The translations under genes were made by a program, and so were the position numbers. A DNA stretch of 64,000 nucleotides from Savitreella phatthalungensis (lineage: Eukaryota), in the NCBI GenBank assembly GCA_051599415.1, contig AP039692.1, positions 248,001 through 312,000 of the forward strand, in the 5' to 3' direction. Shown piece by piece: positions 21,892 through 33,503 of this stretch (position 1 is its first letter; each line of letters starts with the position of its first letter). Below the pieces are notes generated by a model that saw only the letters and a list, made by a program, of their open reading frames with translations, made no database searches and was not told the origin of the DNA.

Positions 21892-24012
21892 CTATGCGCT
21901 GATGCCCTCGTCCTCGTAGTCCTGTAGTCGCGAGTGATTAATCGACGAATCTGGCCCAGCACCATTTGAAATAGTTGTGTCGCTGCGCTGTTGGCGATCG
22001 GCACTTTGCGGAATACCGTTGACTTTGAGTGTCTTCGGTGAAAGCACTGCAGCGGGTGAGGGGGCTGCCGGTGGTAGCGATTGGGTAATTGTGCTGTCGA
22101 TTGGGGGCGCGACTGCGCCATTAGTCATCGGTTCGACTGGTTGCCGCGTCGCAGAGCTCTCTCGTGACGGCTCTTCCTCTTCTGCAAGACAATCAAGACT
22201 GTTAGCCACACCGGAGTCAGCCTCGAGTGGCTGCGATGGGACCTGTTGAGTAGCACTTGACTCGCTAATAGCAGGGACTATCGTGCCGTCGACGTTGCGA
22301 ACGTTGCCAAGCACGTACTCTCGCGTTGGAGAGGTAGGTGAGCCGTGGTACTCCTCGCGCTCAAGCTCACGCTGAGCAGCTGCAAGATTGAGAGCGCTCG
22401 AGGTGCGGTGTACTCGACCTTGCTGTAACTCTGCTTCACTCTTTGTCATGGCAGAAATGAAGTCGCGGAACCGCTTCGCATAGTTGATAGGAGGGACGGC
22501 CGAGATCTGCTTCCGAAAATCTGTGCCGTGGCCGAGCCCCTTGACAAAGTTCTCGAGACGCTTGCGCGTTCCGTACGTGGTCAGCAGATCGATGATACCG
22601 AGATAATAAATATCGTGGCCAAGCCGGCCATCGTCCTCTGTCGACCGTAAACCACCCTCGAACTGGTAGAAGATGTTATGCCTCATACCTTCCGAGATGG
22701 GTGGCTCGTCTGACGCAGCCGGTGGAGCGGTGTCAGCCAAGCTGGCAAGCGTTACTGTGCCCTGGTGGGGTGTTACCATCCGCCGGAGGTCGCGATGCCG
22801 GTATGCATGTCCAGAGACAGAAGGCGTCCGGACGAGAGCGTTCGAAGCTGGCGGCGGAGCAACCGGCGGCGCAATGCTATGTATGCCTAATAGAAGCGAG
22901 TAGTCCATGATGTTGAGTTTTGCGAGCAGCTCAACATCTGCCGATACCTGTTCAATGAAGCGGTCGCGCATGCTCTGTCCAAGTTTCAGTCTCTCGGCGC
23001 GCTGCAGCCAGTTTAGATCCTTCATCGTGCCCCGGACCTGTTTGCCGTCATCATGGAGCAGGCGACCGACTGTCGAGCCTTTGAGGTCGAAGGTCTTATG
23101 AATATCCATGTGCGGTGGGAAAAGATTGTTCATGACAACAAAGTGAATCCGCTTGCCGAATCGCGTCTTGACTCGGTGGAGTCCGTAGAATTGTGAAATG
23201 ATGGTGTTTGGATTGCGCTTGACATGCTCATAGTAGTGCTTGAGGATGGACCGAAGGAAGCGGTGTTCAGCATGACGCAGGGTCTTGATGATGAATCGAT
23301 AGTCCCGCGAGAAATAGAAGAAGCTACCAGACTTCCCAGGCGATCCGAGCTCGCTCAAGATGTATTTGCCAGTGAGAGAGACGAGGTAGTCTGCTGCATC
23401 GATATGGAAGAGCTGACGAAGGTTGCGAAAGACCCAGGGTGCATAGTCCTTGAATTTGAAGTCATAACGCGCGGACGGTGTCAATTCGTTTCCTGCCAGG
23501 TCAAATGTGAGCTTGTGGCGTGCCCAGAAGTCGGCTGGCGTAAGGGGTCGATCGATTTTGGCATTGCACCTCGACGTCGCCACGCGGATGCCTGTGAGCA
23601 TGTTGTATGCCACCACCCAGTTCTGATGTCCTTCAGAGATACGCGTGCCGACGAGGACCTGATCGTCGTCATCGTTGTTGCGACGCTTGCGCGTTGCTCG
23701 TCTTTGCCGAACCATTTCCGCCCATCGCGCTGCATCAATATCTGATGGGATCTCCTCTGTGTCTGACATTGAGCGCGTCCGTCGGCGAGCAAGACGTGCT
23801 GCAGCATTTGCAGTCTGCGTTACGCCTGTGGCTGCAGCATTGTTTGCTGTGGTCGTGGCGTTCTGTGCGAGAGTGATCGTTGGTGTGGGTGCCGGAGCAG
23901 TAGCAGGAGTAGAGCCAGGCACACTTGTGTCAGCGACTGGCAAGGGACTGACAGGTTGCAGACCTGCAGCAGCAGGTGCGCTTGAGACTGCGACCACTTC
24001 GGGCCCCGTCAT
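21892..24012 (-). CDS. MSS4: 1-phosphatidylinositol-4-phosphate 5-kinase (Mss4/Its3)
   Basis: YNMLTGIR, FKFKDYAPWVF, SPGKSGSFFY, FDLKGS, MDYSLLLG and YYLGIIDLL. Confidence 0.95.
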   Translation of the reverse strand: MTGPEVVAVSSAPAAAGLQPVSPLPVADTSVPGSTPATAPAPTPTITLAQNATTTANNAAATGVTQTANAAARLARRRTRSMSDTEEIPSDIDAARWAEMVRQRRATRKRRNNDDDDQVLVGTRISEGHQNWVVAYNMLTGIRVATSRCNAKIDRPLTPADFWARHKLTFDLAGNELTPSARYDFKFKDYAPWVFRNLRQLFHIDAADYLVSLTGKYILSELGSPGKSGSFFYFSRDYRFIIKTLRHAEHRFLRSILKHYYEHVKRNPNTIISQFYGLHRVKTRFGKRIHFVVMNNLFPPHMDIHKTFDLKGSTVGRLLHDDGKQVRGTMKDLNWLQRAERLKLGQSMRDRFIEQVSADVELLAKLNIMDYSLLLGIHSIAPPVAPPPASNALVRTPSVSGHAYRHRDLRRMVTPHQGTVTLASLADTAPPAASDEPPISEGMRHNIFYQFEGGLRSTEDDGRLGHDIYYLGIIDLLTTYGTRKRLENFVKGLGHGTDFRKQISAVPPINYAKRFRDFISAMTKSEAELQQGRVHRTSSALNLAAAQRELEREEYHGSPTSPTREYVLGNVRNVDGTIVPAISESSATQQVPSQPLEADSGVANSLDCLAEEEEPSRESSATRQPVEPMTNGAVAPPIDSTITQSLPPAAPSPAAVLSPKTLKVNGIPQSADRQQRSDTTISNGAGPDSSINHSRLQDYEDEGISA

Positions 24013-27000
24013 TCCGATCAGTTGCAAGATCTCCTCATCTGCGCATCAATTGCGATGATGAAGCGCCGTCTAGTATTGGCTGGCCGACGTTTTTTAGTGC
24101 GTGCGAGCAGATGTGCGTACGCTGCAACGACTCGATGTGGCGTTCACAACGTTCTGTAATCGAGTACCTTGCAGATGGACAACAGAGCTCCTTCAAGGTT
24201 GTTTTCTGTTGAAAGGAGGTTGGCTAGTATACTGTATTCTGATTTAACGTAGTTGTCTGTGTGCTGTTGTGCGGTGTGCTACGGTCGGTTGACTCGATAG
24301 GGCTGACACCTGTTTGTGGTTTTAAAAGTTATATTGACCGATTTGAATTAATACTCACTCATACACTATAGTGTCGAATACAAGAAATTTTAGTGATGCA
24401 TGCGCAGGGTCAGGAATTAAAATAATTTCCGAAGTATTTTAACATGTGCAATCAATCTCAATAGAGCTTAGAATTCTATGTCAATCAATGCATGTACTGC
24501 ATCCTCCTGCTTTTCTACCTTTTCCTATTAGAACTGCGGCTGTTCTGTCATAATCATCCTTCACGAGTTCATTCTCTCTACCTCGAGTAAAACACCGAGA
24601 AGTCCAAGCCTGTGATTAGGACACCTGGGTGCAGCAGTGCTTGTCACACTCTTTCATCATACGTGACTATCTATGTCTGTGAGTGGTTGACTGTCTGGGA
24701 GACTGGCTGGCTGTTGATTATTCGGCTGCTTGACTGTTGTCACGGACTTGCTTTAATCACATGAACAGCGACTCATCCGAATGCCCAACTCAGTGTACTA
24801 TTATACCTCGATCATGTAGCAGAGAGCTGGACAGACATGCATGTGCAAGAACAATTCCGCTGTCGAAGCTCGCTCAACGTGCATTATCAAGCATGCACGT
24901 GGTACCTAGCTATTTTTGGTCGTCGAGCTGGTGTCACGTGACGCGGCCTCGTTTGCATCAGCGAAGAAAAGCACGTGTAACCTAGCCACAAGGTCCACAC
25001 GTCGAGTGAGGGCAATGATGCGTCCACATTCTCATTCGATAAGCCATTGGCCTATCTCATATGCAAGGCCAATCGCCTGCTGTGCTCAACTCACTCGTTC
25101 GTCGGAGAGCCTCGGTTCAATTACCGACACTTCTTCATAAGAGCTCACGAGCTCAAGCTCAGACATCGCACGCGTTGATTGCAGTTCACGCGTGATCGGA
25201 AGCGTGACAAATTGTCGATGGAATGATCAGAATATATCTGAGCTTTCATGCCGCCCTCAGGCTGGACCGAGCGGGCACATGCCGTGTCGATATGCACAGT
25301 ATACCTCCGTCGTGCAGCTGCAAAACGCGTCTCGGCATCATTGCGCGTGTAGATCATCCAGCGTGTGTGCTTCTACTTGACTCTCGCACCCGCTCCAGTT
25401 CCTGTTCTGGGCACCACGTCAGAAGTTCCCAAAATAGCCATCTATGCCTATACGGCAACGCTTTTCATTCTAGCACGATAGATTACTAGGAGACAAAACC
25501 CAGCTCATAATGGAAATTGCAAAAAGATTCTGTCGAGGCGCCCATGATGATCGTAACTCTAATTGGCAGGATGCCTGTCGCAGGCATTACCGTCTGTCGG
25601 TAGAACCTGGTTCCAGCGAAGCCAGTATCCCGTACTAGAGTCTCAGTACAATTCCAAAATTCATTGCCTGCTAGCTTGCAGACCATTGGCTCATTCACAC
25701 GTATTTTTGTGCGGGGCTGTTGGCATTGCGGCTGGCTTCATTTGGCTTCATGCACGTTAGGCGAGAAACTAGCAATTGGATGCACCCAAGGCTGTAAGAA
25801 TATACGGCTATGCTTCGCTATCCAGCGATCTAGTACGGCCGTTCAACCGTCACAACGATGATCAGCGTCGTCATTCTGCAAAGCGGTGCCGACTTGAGGA
25901 AACCTATCCCCAATGATCAGCGAGCTAAGGATAATTTGTGCGTAGTGCATATCATGTCATCTCTGTATACATTCCTCTTGTCGAGAAACGCGTGAAAAGA
26001 TGCCGCTGCACTGCCCCCGAGGACGGCTAAACCTTCGAGCGGGCAGCAACAACGTGAGCGTGAGACGGCTTTACACTTGGCGGGACATTGCGATATAGCG
26101 TGTGCGTGGGTGGGTAGTGACTAAGATAGTGCGGGGTTAATGGGTACTAGGCCCGGAGCTCAAATTGCTTGAGCCAGTTGGATTCGACGCCCTGCAGGCA
26201 CATAATCGCTCTTCATCTCCGTCATACGCGCGCAAGAAAGTTCTGAACTCGTGTGAGCGTACATGAGAGAGAAAATGAGGAGCAAAAAAAAATATAATAC
26301 CAGAGCCAATGTTTCAACCGTTGCGAGGTGGCAACCAATCGATGAATACTTTCAGCGGATTATATGAAATAGGCTTGCATAAATTATGACCTTGTTCAGG
26401 TTGATAAGCGATCTCCAACAGGCCCAACCAGATCCTAAGCGGGGTAGCGAAGACATAACATTCGATGCACCGTTGGTAAGTTGAGTCGGAGAGCGTTTCA
26501 GCAGCCGTAGTCATCTGTTGAACAACAAAGAGCTCCGCGTACAAAGTCCGTTGGACTGTCAGAGGTCAAACATGCAAGCTGCAGGTCGTAGATCAGCCAG
26601 GGTCTCTCTGCGACCGCCGTCATAATAGAGCGGCCGAAGAAGACTGGTTTTCAAGGCTGGTCTCGGTCAGTAACAGAACAGTGTATTGTTGCAATAGCTC
26701 TAGAAGGTGGAATAGGCACGGAGTCTGCTCTGGAAGCACTGCAAACCACCTCGTGTAAGATTTTAGTAGAGCGTAATGCAATCTCTTCTGCCCAAGAGGC
26801 AGACTTCCTTCCGTCGAGCATGAGAATCGTACAGAGTGGGAAAGCGAACGAGGGCCGCGCTCCTCCGCATCAACGCTCACTCGTCGTCCGCCCCTCCCTC
26901 AAAAGGCCAGAGCGATCCTGATTCTTCACGTCCCTCCACTTTGCGCGACATCCTTGCGACACTCAATCTCTTTATCAGCATCTCTTGTGAAGCATTCACA

Positions 27001-27091
27001 GTGCTTTGCTCTTTGGCGTTCTAGTGCCACGAACCTCGGAGAACCTTGAGAGAGGCCCAACGACACTCGTTTCGAATCACAGACTTGCGCG

Positions 27092-28045
27092 ATGCTTTTC
27101 TCACACTTGCTGACGACGGCGGCGATGGTTGCCGTCGCTTCGGCCGGTCCGGTGCAGAAGCGTCAGACGGCCGCACCGAGCGACGCAGATATCCTCAACT
27201 ACGCACTCACGCTTGAGCACCTCGAAAACAACTTCTACAAGGGTATCCTCAGCCGGTATTCCGAGCAGGACTTCATCAACGCAGGGTTTGCATTCCCGTT
27301 CTACCAGAACCTTCAGGAGATCTCCAAGGACGAGCAGAGCCACGTCACCTTCTTGACAACTGCCCTCTCAGCCGCTGGCGCAACACCCGTCCAGGCATGC
27401 AACTACACCTTCCCATACAACAACCCTGGCCAGGCTATCACACTCGCCAAGGTGCTTGAGGGCGTCGGAGTCTCTGCATACCTCGGCGCAGCCGCCAACA
27501 TCACAACCCCGACCTACCTCACAGCAGCTGCATCTATCCTCTCCGTTGAGGCTCGCCACACATCATACATCCGCGCAGGTCTGAAGCTGTCGCCCTTCCC
27601 AGGTCCATACGACAGCCCGCTCGGCTTCAACTCTGTCTTCTCCCTCGCTGCTCCATTCATCACAGGCTGCTCGTCTGCACCAGGCGCTTCGCCACTGAAT
27701 CTGAAGCTGAACCTGCAGGCGCACCCTCAGCTTACCTTCACGAGCTCGAGCCAGGCAACGTCAGGCCAGCAGGCGACCTTCACCTTGCGCTCTGCCCTGT
27801 CTGGAGACACGTCGAAGCTGTACATGGCTTTCGTGTCCGGCCAGGCAGTCGTCTACCAGCCAGCCCAGGTCTCTGGCACGACCGTGACTGCCACCGTGCC
27901 CGGATCCATGCTCGACGGCCAGGTCTACGCTATTCTCACCCGCCAGACAGCCGGCATGATCATGGACTCCTTCATCGCAGCCGGACCTGCCATCGTCGAG
28001 ATTGCACTCCCAGGCGCAAAGCCTCTGCCATACGGCGCCAAGTAG
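27092..28045 (+). CDS. rds1: Secreted ferritin-like stress protein, Rds1-like
   Basis: Signal peptide plus KR site; DILNYALTLEHLE, DEQSHV, VLEGVGVSAYLG and SVEARH. Confidence 0.88.
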   Translation: MLFSHLLTTAAMVAVASAGPVQKRQTAAPSDADILNYALTLEHLENNFYKGILSRYSEQDFINAGFAFPFYQNLQEISKDEQSHVTFLTTALSAAGATPVQACNYTFPYNNPGQAITLAKVLEGVGVSAYLGAAANITTPTYLTAAASILSVEARHTSYIRAGLKLSPFPGPYDSPLGFNSVFSLAAPFITGCSSAPGASPLNLKLNLQAHPQLTFTSSSQATSGQQATFTLRSALSGDTSKLYMAFVSGQAVVYQPAQVSGTTVTATVPGSMLDGQVYAILTRQTAGMIMDSFIAAGPAIVEIALPGAKPLPYGAK

Positions 28046-30259
28046 GCATCACCGAGTCGAGATAGCGACCATGCCTCAGAATCTCCTGGCGCTTAAACTA
28101 TCACCCACAATGCGTCCTCTCAAGGTCCACGCACACGAGAGACCATAGAAAGTTCTTAATCTGTAGCAGTTTTCTCACAACACTATTCCATACTACCCTC
28201 TATCTGAGTCGTCAGCCAGCTATTCTATGCAAGGTCAACTGGGTGGGTGACACGATACTACCAAGTCGCAGCAAATGTCTTCTCGAGTGAATCGAATCTG
28301 CACGTGCGCGAAGACGTCGACATATACCAACTCCGCCAGTGATCACATGGCTGAATGGATTACTCGTATCGATTTCCGGATATTAGTACTGTTTCAATGC
28401 ACGGTTGCTGGATCTGGCATACGCCCATCTCAGTTAACAGCCTGCCGATGACGTCGTTCACGTCCACCATCTATGGATCTCCATCTTCCTTCGCAAGCGA
28501 GCCTGACCGGGACATCAGTCTGCTAATTCTGGTCGCGTACGCTGACCTCAGGCTGTCTTCAATTGTAGGGATCCGGCATAGATATTTTCCAGGCTGTCAT
28601 ATCATTTGTAGGTGAAGCGAGACAATCCCGTCGGCAAGAAAGCCCTAGAGATCATAGAGATCAGCTCGCTATGTCGTAGCTGTGAGTAATACTTCGTCAC
28701 ATGCCGTCTCGCCCATATCGAGGCTCGGAAAGCAGTGTACTATGCTGGATCTGTTGCAGGTTCGGAGTTTTCCAATTTCCGATGGCCGGCGGTATGTAGA
28801 TATATCTCGTTGACAGCTGCACAGGAGGCTTTCTTCCGCATAGAAGGATACATCGCCATGCACGGCGGACAGATTGGATGCAACTTGATGTATGACACTA
28901 TACAAAACAGAAAAGTTCTTCACTCGTGGATGATTGGGACGGCTACCGAGATCGTACGACTCGATGACATGACGCAGCAACGGGATAAGTCAACGCACAC
29001 TAGGCGTCTCAACTGCTCACCAGAATGCTGCGACATGATACCACACTTCAAGATTGGATTCGCGGGTGGGCAGCTTAATAGAGATGAGTCAGCTTCACGA
29101 GGAAGACGGATACAAGGACGTGCGACGTGAAGATTGTTGAGCAGATTGATTGCGCAGTCGTGCATCAAAACCACTCCCAAAGAGAAGACCTGAGACTCTT
29201 GAAAAAGGACTCAATAGGTGAATCCCTGAATGAGTTGAGTACGTGAGTGGGTGAATGTAGCGAAACGTTCAGAGAAATGGCAACGGATCATGACGAAGAT
29301 TGGGCGATCCTCCGTCATGAGAACCTGAACGAGGTGAAACGCCGATGATGTCAGGATTCCAGCCATTCCATCATTTGAAATCCAGAACGAATTTACCGTT
29401 TCACCTGTTCCAGCTATGTCATAAGGAAATTTGCAAAAACACGCGGTAGTCGAGGTATGTAAATCGATTGATCTTTTCATCTGTCCCTTGTTAGTTACAG
29501 CCTCAACTTCGTGATGGTTACATTCAGAAGCCCACTCAATCGTGACAAATCCAATAGACCCTTTCTGGAACCCAAGGCTACTGACGCCCAATTTCGAAGC
29601 AGACCACATAGCGAAGGTCATTAAGCGTTTGTATGTATACTGGGAGCCTCATCAGACTGTACGGTACAGGTCTTCCATCCTCACCAGAAGCTCCTAAAGC
29701 AGAGTTTGACGTTCATCGTCAAGCTCACTAATCATACACCCTTCCTCTTTTTGGTGCTGAGTGTCTCTAGGTATGTCGGTCGGCCGTTTGTCGTTGCCGG
29801 AATTGCGCGTGCAATTAAGCTATCACCCGTAACAGATATGATGACCATGACGGCTGTAGGGTCGTGTTTCAATCAACCTTCCCTTGCTTCTATCGTGTCC
29901 CAGTCCTCATGCCATCCATACGGTCATAGAGTCACCTCCGAACCGCCGGGAACAAGCAATGTAGATCAGGTCAAACGAGCTCAAGATTCACGTCCTCGTC
30001 TCGATGTCAGATTTGACCTTGCTCACCTTTCTCAACAACCGGACTCCCACTACCTCACCATTCACGAGTCACACAACCGGGTAGGCGCCTCATTTTACTC
30101 GATCGCTACATCACTCCTTGCGAAGCCGCTTCGGCATCGTCATACCTCCAGAGAGTCCTTTATATTAGACCGACCTCCTCCCCATCGCTTCTTGTCATTC
30201 ATCACACACACATACCAGTACAAGGTAGTCTGTGTCAACCTTCCTAAATACACATCATA

Positions 30260-30787
30260 ATGGTCTCCAAGTACGACCGTCCTCTGCTCGCCGGCCACGC
30301 CTTCCACTGGCCTATCTGGGGTGTGCAGTTCATCTGCGGTATCCTCGTCCTCGCCTTCTCATCACGCATTATCTCTAATGCAGTCGGCAACACAGACTCT
30401 GCCGTCAACTACACCGTGTTTGTCGGTATCTACATCCTGGTATGGTGCATCGCTACCGTTGCAGCGCCTTTCTTCCCCTTCCTCGGCCAGGAGATCCTCC
30501 GCGTTCCAATCGACTTCCTTGGCTGGGTCTTCACCCTCGCCAACGGTATCGACCTTGCCGCGCGCCTCAACGTCCACTCCTGCAACAACCAGGACTACCT
30601 GGCCACCCGCTGGTTCCAGGGCAGTGAGCAGACTTGCCGTCTGTCCCAGGCCATGACGTTCTTCGTGTGGTTGTCCTTCGGTGCCTTCACCGTCACAACT
30701 ATTGCCGGCGTCATCTCCTGGTTCTCTGGTCGCCCAGGAACCCAGCGTGGCTCGCGCAAGCCGAGAGCAGCACCTGCCACCGTCTAA
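30260..30787 (+). CDS. NCE102: MARVEL-domain tetraspan protein (Nce102/Fhn1)
   Basis: Four TM helices; LAARLNVHSCNNQDYL and CRLSQAMTFF patterns. Confidence 0.85.
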   Translation: MVSKYDRPLLAGHAFHWPIWGVQFICGILVLAFSSRIISNAVGNTDSAVNYTVFVGIYILVWCIATVAAPFFPFLGQEILRVPIDFLGWVFTLANGIDLAARLNVHSCNNQDYLATRWFQGSEQTCRLSQAMTFFVWLSFGAFTVTTIAGVISWFSGRPGTQRGSRKPRAAPATV

Positions 30788-31267
30788 GGTGTAACGTGAA
30801 CGGATCTTAACGTGACGTTTCCACACCTGCTTTGGCTATCAAACATCTCTACCTTATCATCATATGCCCGATCAAGTATCGATTTCCGGCGACACCCGAG
30901 AAGCACTCAGCAATGTCATCGTCCGCATGTCAAATAAGCTCTAGAGCACAAAAGGACGACGACGACATGTGCTGCAGTTCGATCGAGCCAGACGTTTTAT
31001 TTGTCGGCGACTCATCTCACACACACAGAACTAATCTAATACCGCTTTACTAGTGACAAGAATGTGATCTTCATGTGAGGTGTGTGATGCATGATCGGCA
31101 GAATTGGATCACAAAATACATTTCCGAAATCAGGGAAACAATTCTGGTTTGTGTGCCTGTGTGTTGTGTGCCTGTGTGTGCCTTTGTGCGCCCATCAGAC
31201 TCGTCAACTTGTATTGTTAGAGCTGCGTGCTGCGGTCTGAGAGACGTGGCACTCAATAGCTCTTGTG

Positions 31268-32211
31268 ATGTCGAGCAAGCGGAAGGAGGAAATCGCTGAG
31301 CTTGAGGTGGATGTGACAGCTCCAGCGCCGCCGAGCAAGAAGCAGGCGCGTGCTATCAAGAAGGGTAAAGCAGAAGCACCCAAACCGGACGAGTCGTTGG
31401 TGTCCGCCGATGGCCTGTCCGCAGTCGCAGCTCCGCCAGCCAAAGGCACCAATGGCATCTGGATCGGCAATTTGCCGTATTCCGTCACAGAAGCAAGCCT
31501 GCGAGATTTCTTCGCCAAAGGCACGATCGCCCTGAGAGTGAAGGAGATTGACGGTGAGCAGGATATTGTCCGAGTATCGCTGCCGGTGGACAAGAAGACA
31601 CAGCGCAACAAAGGTTTCGCCTACGTCGACTTTGCCTCAGAAGAACACAGGGACGCAGCTCTTAAACTGACAGAGCGCATCTTTGACGGACGAAACGTCC
31701 TCATCAAGTCAGCACAGTCCTTCGAAGGTCGTCCTACGAAGCCGTCCACCAGCGGCGAGACTGGAGATGACAACGCGGCCGACGCACGGAATCCGTCCAT
31801 CCTATTTGTGGGGAATCTGAGTTTCGAAACGACAGAGGCTTCGCTCTCTGAGTTTTTGGGAGGTGAGGCGAGTGGGATTAAGCGGGTTCGGCTTGCGACG
31901 TTTGAGGATTCTGGCAAGTGCAAGGGGTTCGCGTTTGTCGACTTGGAGGGCCGGATGATGCGCGCAAGATCCTCGCACAGGGCAAGCGGTTCGCATTCAT
32001 GGACGGTCGCAGGCTCAAGCTGGAACTCGGACAGGACAGGTCCAAGCGGACGCCCAACATGCGTAATAGGCGTCCAGAAATCACAGACGGCGCAGGAATT
32101 GGAAGAGTCGAACGCCGACACAGAGAACCTCATCAGAAACGCGACATCGAGCAGAACGACAACGTCAAGGGCACTATCCAGAAATCCACGGGCACGAAGA
32201 TTGCCTTCTAA
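31268..32211 (+). CDS. Nucleolar two-RRM protein (Nop13/Rnp24-like), interrupted by an apparent 1-nt frameshift near 31948
   Basis: RRM1 IWIGNL/KGFAYVDF and RRM2 LFVGNL/CKGFAFVD; RRM2 and the tail (DGRRLKLELG...STGTKIAF*) continue in the -1 frame. Confidence 0.8.
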
Positions 32212-32359
32212 AGGCATCAAGTCCTCGTGCTGTATACCACGGACAAACTCTCTCTCTCTCTCCCACTCTGTAAATATAGAGCTATAATGATAACTTTGGA
32301 CACTATTATTTAAGAAATCAAGCTTGATTTTGTGTAATTCATTTAGAAATTACTTGCTG

Positions 32360-32711
32360 CACATGCTCTACGTCTTCGTCTTGCATTCGACCCGGGCTCA
32401 TGCATGTGGTTGGTCCAACTCCTGAGAGAACGTACAGCACGTACACCCTAGGTGCTGAAAATCGTGCCAGGGCTGACACTTCTTTTGCTCTTTACAACTA
32501 AAAACGCGATGAAGAGTGGGTATAAGAAGTGTGAGTTCCCTAGTAACGCTAGACTAATCATCTAGTGTAAGTCGGCGAGACAGACTTTACCTCGCCTTTC
32601 GTTAGGGGAGACAAAGTCAGGTTCTCTGCTGGCCGCTGACTCAGTGGCAGATCGCCCCACCACCACCTTTTACAGGCTGCCTTCCCTAACGATCACCATC
32701 TGAGTGTTTTT
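32360..32711 (+). ncRNA. Candidate structured intergenic RNA, family not identified
   Basis: Several stems with + strand G-U pairs (32476-84/32524-32, 32574-79/32591-96, 32599-609/32682-92), ending in TTTTT; boundaries approximate. Confidence 0.35.
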
Positions 32712-32718
32712 GTTGTCG

Positions 32719-33503
32719 ATGCTGCGAATCCTCAAGGAGACGAGGCACTGGATGGCGGTCGATAAGCCCGCAGGTGTGATCTGCCAGGCAGAGCGTCTGA
32801 ACGGTCTACCCCACACAGACACCCTCCTCGGCCTCCTCAACCGCCATCGACCAGACCTCTTCGACCCGCGACAACACCAGCCCCCATTCCACCCGCCCAA
32901 GACCGTACACCGTCTCGACAAACACGTCACAGGCGTACTCCTAGGTAACGTGATCCTCTTGAAATGTCAATTCCATTGTCTGCGATTTCTTGGCTGACTT
33001 TATTGTTTCTCGTGGTAGTTGGGTTATCGGTGGTCGGTGTGAGAACGCTGTCGCGGCTGTTTCGGGAGCGGCGGGTGTGGAAGGAGTATGTTGGGTTGGT
33101 GCGCGGGGAGGTGATGGGTGATAGTTTTGGGCTGGTGAGGAATGAGGATGGCGAGACGAGGTGGAGAGTGCTTGAGCGTGCGCGAGACAGAGACGATGGC
33201 AATACTCTCCTCGCCCTCAACCCAGTCACAGGCAGAAAACACCAGCTACGTAAACACTGCGCGCTCGTCCTTGGTCATCCGATCGTCGGCGACCGCAGGT
33301 ACGGCGATAATCCCTCGAATCACGCAAGATTCGCACAGAAGGGGGATTTGGAAAGGTTGATGCTTCATTGCAGAGAACTGAGGTTTAGGTTCGGGTTGGA
33401 GAGCTATGAGGTGACATCTAACGAGTGCGCTGATTTGCGCTTCTTCTGTACGTCGTCTGCGAAATCGCACGGGGTTGAGATCGGGTTATCTCGGCCGATG
33501 TAG
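32719..33503 (+). CDS. RluA-family pseudouridine synthase (Pus5-like); exons 32719-32944 and 33019-33503
   Basis: VDKPAG, HRLDKHVTG (catalytic Asp), PVTGRKHQLRKH, HPIVGDRRYG and LMLHC; the 74-nt intron GTAACG..CTGAC..TAG (32945-33018) restores the frame. Confidence 0.88.

Noticed and set aside
25884..25898. Exact 15-mer CGGTGCCGACTTGAG shared with 37724-37738
   Set aside because: A few 15-mer matches are expected by chance in 64 kb.
28355..29621. Short ORFs (86-136 aa) between rds1 and NCE102
   Set aside because: No domain, signal peptide or codon bias; a degenerate gene cannot be excluded but is unsupported.
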